This document shows positions 25,101 through 28,254 of a stretch of DNA of 28,254 nt, piece after piece; positions within the stretch are counted from its first letter, which is position 1, and each line of letters begins with the position of its first letter. A program made the position numbers and the translations under genes. The DNA is taken from IMG/VR virus record IMGVR_UViG_3300021425_000134, positions 1 to 28,254 of that record. The stretch is one strand, 5' to 3'. Source of the stretch: a virus. Lineage: Duplodnaviria > Caudoviricetes. A model generated the notes under the pieces. That model had not been told where the DNA came from and searched no databases. It saw only the letters and a list, made by a program, of their open reading frames with translations.

Positions 25101-28100
25101 GCGTTACCGTGGACGAAGATGGCAAGGTTGAGCTGACGCACAGGCAGACGGTTTTTCGGAACGCTGCAATCGAACGCGCTGATCAGATGGGCTTCGACAC
25201 GGCAACCGTTTACTATCACGGGTCTCCGGTCAGTACGATCACGGAGTTCCGGCCAAGCGGACGCGGCGCCATGGGGCCTGGCGTCTACATGAGTGATCTG
25301 TCCAGATATGCTCAACAATATGCGGGCCGCAGAGGCACGCTTTACCCGCTGTATGTGCGCGGTGCGATTATCGACGACGAAGAGCTTGATGCCATGTTGT
25401 CGGAACCTGCAATGCTCCGTGAGTTTAGCGACCGTGTTGACGCGCTGTCTGACGCGGGAGAATTCACGTATAACACGTACGAAAAGGTCAAAAGCGAAAT
25501 GGCCCGCGACATGGGTTTCGCAGGACGTAAGCAACGCGGTGGGTTTGTAGGATTGGATGGAGACATTTCGTTCCGCGTCATTGTGTTCGAGCCGGAAAAT
25601 ATCCGGTCCATCTTCGCCGCGTTCAATGATCCTGCCACTGCAAACATCTTGGGCCAACAGGACAAGAGCCCAATCGAACGGCTGGAGGATCGGGCGCCGC
25701 CGCGCAAGCCGAAGGCCGGCGCCAAAACGGTTGTGGCTGGAGTGGTTGAGCGGTTTACAGTTGAGAACAACAGCGCCACCGCGCCGAAGAAAGTTCAAGG
25801 CGCTTCTCTAATTATGGCCGGCACGAACGCTAACAATGCTGCCAAGCAATCGGACGCACTGGATGCGTTGCTGGCTCGCCACCGCACGCCATTAAACAGT
25901 CTCGAAGAATGGGTTGCGTATGGCAACGACGCGTTTTCCAGCACGCGTGTACCCATGCCGCCGTGGCGAACACTGGACATTGTTAGAGAAGGACCAGCTG
26001 CTGTAGAGCGCGAGTTGCGCACGCTGTCCGACGGTATGCGGCGCGATGCTGAGGCAGGGCTGAAGACGGCAAAAGAGTTTGGCGAGCTGTACGCATCTGG
26101 ACAGGTGCCATCGATCATCACGGCCAAAGCGTTCTACTGGTCGTTCCTGTCTAAAATGATTTCGCCGTACCCCCAAGAAGCCGGTTTTCTCGACACTATC
26201 AGCGATCCAGAGTTCAATGATATTTTGACGACCGCACTGGAAAGCGGGTGGTCCGATGACCTGCAAGTGCGATATCAGGCATGGGCATCACAGGCCATTC
26301 CCGAAGGAAGCGGCGGTCGGCAGTCGCAGCAAAACGTGAACGCATTCGGCAAGCAGTTCTTGCGCGCTCTTACTCAGAAAGAAAACGGCAAAACGCACCT
26401 GCAAATTATTCACGACATGATTGCGGACGGCACGCCTTCGTACATTATTCGGCGTGAGTTTCTGCGATTGGGCAGTGGTTCAGGTATCGACAACAAGGTG
26501 CTGTCGTTCACGTTGTTGCTGCTCGGGCGAACTGATGTTCTCATACTAGATCGGGTGCAGATACGGAACCAGTTTAACGATGGGCGTTTTGGTGATGAAA
26601 ACCTGTATGACAACCTTAAGGACGAAAACGGCAAAACACTGACGGGCACAGGGCTGCAAGAGTTTGGCAAAGGCCACGTCGGTCTGTTCTTTTATGAAGC
26701 GATGGAGCGTGCACTCGCGCCGATCGTCGAACAGGCTTACGCAAACATGGGCATGGAGGGATCTCTAGGTCGTTACCACTGGGACAGCTGGCTTGCCGCT
26801 AGCAATCAGGAGGTGGGGCACGCGTCAACCGAAGGATTGTTTCGCGAAGCGAAGGGTGTGGCCAACCCATACGTCGGCGCGTATGTTCGTCAGGGCAAGT
26901 ATGAAGAGTACAGCTACGGATTTCGATACACCGTTATGCAGGACGGTAAGCCCGCCATCTTGGTGGAAATGTTGCAGCCAGTAACAGACGCTGACGCCCC
27001 AACCGCATACATAATCCCGCACAGTGTGATGGCCGACAGCAAGTCTCCTACGCGCAAAGCGCTTAGCAGGCTATCGTCAAAGGCGCGCAAGCGTGGTACA
27101 GAGTTTGGCACATCGCGTCCTTGGCATGACGCGCTGACAGAAGAAGAGAGAAATGAATATGACGAAGCAATCAAAAGCGGAGGAACTGCTGCGCCGATCG
27201 ATTGGGCAAACCCTACCGATGCAGCCGGACCAGAGACTGAAAACATCCTCGGCCAAGACGGAGTGGGACCCGAACGCACCGGAGACGGAAGAAGACAGCC
27301 ACGGATACCTCGCCTTGCGCGCCTTGAAGGTGCGCCAGCAGTCCGAAACTTCGCGGGCCCGATCCCAGAGATCGTCGCAGTCGCAGACGAATACGCCCGA
27401 GCAAACGGTATCCCCGTCGGCAGACAAGCCGCGTTTGCCGAAGTAGACGTCGACCTTGCGCAGCGCATAGCGCAAGCGTACGAAGAAATGAAACACGATC
27501 CGCAGGGTCCAGAAACTGCTGCGGCATATCAAGCGTTGATTGAGCAGACCAAAGCCCAATACGACGCTCTTGTCGCAGCAGGATATTCTTTCACGTTTTT
27601 CGACAGACACTCAGATCCTTATGAGGGTAATCCGTGGAACGCGATGCGCGACCTGCGCGCAACCAAAACGATGGCAGTCTTCGCTACGTCGGATGGCTAC
27701 GGAACAGAAGGCATAACGGACAGCGACATTGCCGACAACCCAATGCTGGAAGACAGCGGGCTGACGTGGGCTGATCAGGCAGGCGTTCAGCAGCCAGTGA
27801 CATACAACGACATCTTCCGCGCTGTGCACGACGCAATGGGGCACGGTCTTGAAGGTTCTGGGTTCAGGGCGCGTGGTGAAGAGAACGCGTGGCAAGCGCA
27901 CGTCCAGTTGTATTTTGGTGGCGCAGTAGCTGCCATGACTTCGGAGACGCGCGGACAAAACAGCTGGCTGAACTACGGTCCGTATGGAGAGCAGAACAGA
28001 ACGGCGAGTTTAGAAGACACGATTTTTGCCGAACAAAAGATAGGTTTGCTGCCGTCATGGGCGTGGACCGAAGGGCGTCAGCCGTTCATTGAAGAAACTG

Positions 28101-28254
28101 CGCAGGAGCAGGCGGAAGAATATCCCTTCGTGCAGGAACCAAAAAAGAAGGTGAAAGCCTACAAGCTATTCCGGCTGGATCCGAAGCGGCCAGGCGAACT
28201 GTTTCCATTGTTCGTGCAGTCGAAGACACCTGTGCCGATGGGGCGGTGGATTGG
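22187..28254 (+). CDS. giant polyvalent internal virion protein, more than 2020 aa, 3'-truncated by the window
   Basis: Manual translation from ATG 22187 (MANRFDVCVRRVN...) stays open to the window end (...FPLFVQSKTPVPMGRWI). Contains HEMAH (22478-22492), three ART-like repeats, an HhH-GPD motif (26483-26560) and HDAMGH (27827-27844). Absent from the track because there is no stop codon. Confidence 0.9.
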   Translation, partial: MANRFDVCVRRVNPPEADVADLRRFIDEVGDEVLGTQAYLSSTEKSLNDLRAKLQEMGVPAEVTPTVKSDTRGQLQVFPDRRPLLELGRKADVSTVNHEMAHAYLDMLDRMSKGAFGAEAQAWAEKQLGDIKEMTGFKRVAPLFHTADTLYLEPEKQVGELTSEGIEIHETFAEMFETYLRSGKTKNVSQKKAMRNYRRWMTSIYRSADDPRISRAKDLMNDEITDWFDRMIEAEDHSAAAAAELDVMADERVKAMVAKGILTEKQAQNVAKRLIEARERATEEMLAKLTKEHEARLTQEAERIRRRVRRESTEEFDTSKTGRAMNWLTDGEWNGNKLSQQGERDRLARAEAMGFDTSRVFYHGSPITFVQEFMPSTEGFLGPGVYATSVPEAAEDYMGTKDEEGVIYPLYVRGRLAGEREYNQLSNDPVLQRIASEKTAEQEAFLGYPQPLEVQLAALVSEQLQDRGFDGISFDDGELVVIFDPKNVRGIFARFEDANTSNILGQKELAREARYKRMEDMGYDTSTVLYRGVRSDPSVRGPDQALFEYYTDSPFYASYYAFGEPTGSPLSMDLESNLLFEESIPQMQKRLEEWKAANYQPVLDQLNQLRGPNREFQDDIDQLRRQYNDMLKDMRRTENLVNAYPDELTDLKDRVQILALTEAEREGRSLDQVLSDRMMSRPLLDEVLPKYSLPDEDLQRYSAEPLPFAMSTFPQIDLLDRFAQSVRVATGDFLFTMEHYGQLGAPIFRWNNTAKQIEIVDNAVSWTASNILPLEKYAMAEDALAAAGLAKRGDLLVQYRNKEIILHPDQLLPDEREAFDRLQGQARERWNEFQNRTHNIRAITEGYEQLIDQLYELGWDLRAFDTSQAGDPALYPVFLKRGKPLLVSDETEIMDLGYDAERVAKLREQGYTHAIWHPEFDEGDFDGVELGSMAEYRYGAEVVVFDQDAVISIFDPALPADNPVANIVKQNGVTVDEDGKVELTHRQTVFRNAAIERADQMGFDTATVYYHGSPVSTITEFRPSGRGAMGPGVYMSDLSRYAQQYAGRRGTLYPLYVRGAIIDDEELDAMLSEPAMLREFSDRVDALSDAGEFTYNTYEKVKSEMARDMGFAGRKQRGGFVGLDGDISFRVIVFEPENIRSIFAAFNDPATANILGQQDKSPIERLEDRAPPRKPKAGAKTVVAGVVERFTVENNSATAPKKVQGASLIMAGTNANNAAKQSDALDALLARHRTPLNSLEEWVAYGNDAFSSTRVPMPPWRTLDIVREGPAAVERELRTLSDGMRRDAEAGLKTAKEFGELYASGQVPSIITAKAFYWSFLSKMISPYPQEAGFLDTISDPEFNDILTTALESGWSDDLQVRYQAWASQAIPEGSGGRQSQQNVNAFGKQFLRALTQKENGKTHLQIIHDMIADGTPSYIIRREFLRLGSGSGIDNKVLSFTLLLLGRTDVLILDRVQIRNQFNDGRFGDENLYDNLKDENGKTLTGTGLQEFGKGHVGLFFYEAMERALAPIVEQAYANMGMEGSLGRYHWDSWLAASNQEVGHASTEGLFREAKGVANPYVGAYVRQGKYEEYSYGFRYTVMQDGKPAILVEMLQPVTDADAPTAYIIPHSVMADSKSPTRKALSRLSSKARKRGTEFGTSRPWHDALTEEERNEYDEAIKSGGTAAPIDWANPTDAAGPETENILGQDGVGPERTGDGRRQPRIPRLARLEGAPAVRNFAGPIPEIVAVADEYARANGIPVGRQAAFAEVDVDLAQRIAQAYEEMKHDPQGPETAAAYQALIEQTKAQYDALVAAGYSFTFFDRHSDPYEGNPWNAMRDLRATKTMAVFATSDGYGTEGITDSDIADNPMLEDSGLTWADQAGVQQPVTYNDIFRAVHDAMGHGLEGSGFRARGEENAWQAHVQLYFGGAVAAMTSETRGQNSWLNYGPYGEQNRTASLEDTIFAEQKIGLLPSWAWTEGRQPFIEETAQEQAEEYPFVQEPKKKVKAYKLFRLDPKRPGELFPLFVQSKTPVPMGRWI

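Noticed and set aside
22439-28092. Many minus-strand and short plus-strand ORFs in the track (e.g. 22439-23209, 24872-25798)
   Set aside because: They are shadows of the giant plus-strand ORF starting at 22187 and show no motifs or RBS support.

Overview
This window is the virion-morphogenesis region of a short-tailed (podovirus-type, T7/BPP-1/epsilon15-like architecture) dsDNA phage. All credible genes are on the + strand and most are translationally coupled. Gene order: end of a probable TerS, small Zn-ribbon gene, TerL, two small LLGG-ending proteins, T7-type portal, Bbp19-like protein, scaffold, a structured 330-nt intergenic region, major capsid protein, probable decoration protein, tail adaptor, nozzle (split into two genes), and the ejection/internal virion proteins. 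The most unusual part is the largest ejection protein. It appears split into an N-half (13441-15501) and a C-half of more than 2000 aa (22187 to past the window end, missing from the ORF track because it has no stop). A 6.7-kb five-gene fibre/adhesin cassette lies between the halves. The C-half is a polyvalent protein: HExxH zincin peptidase, three ADP-ribosyltransferase-fold domains, an HhH-GPD DNA glycosylase-like domain, a second HDxxGH zincin-like domain and a further domain. These are separated by a recurring NILGQ-type linker, which suggests an injected, self-processing effector polyprotein. All family assignments come from motif recognition by eye; no database search was run.
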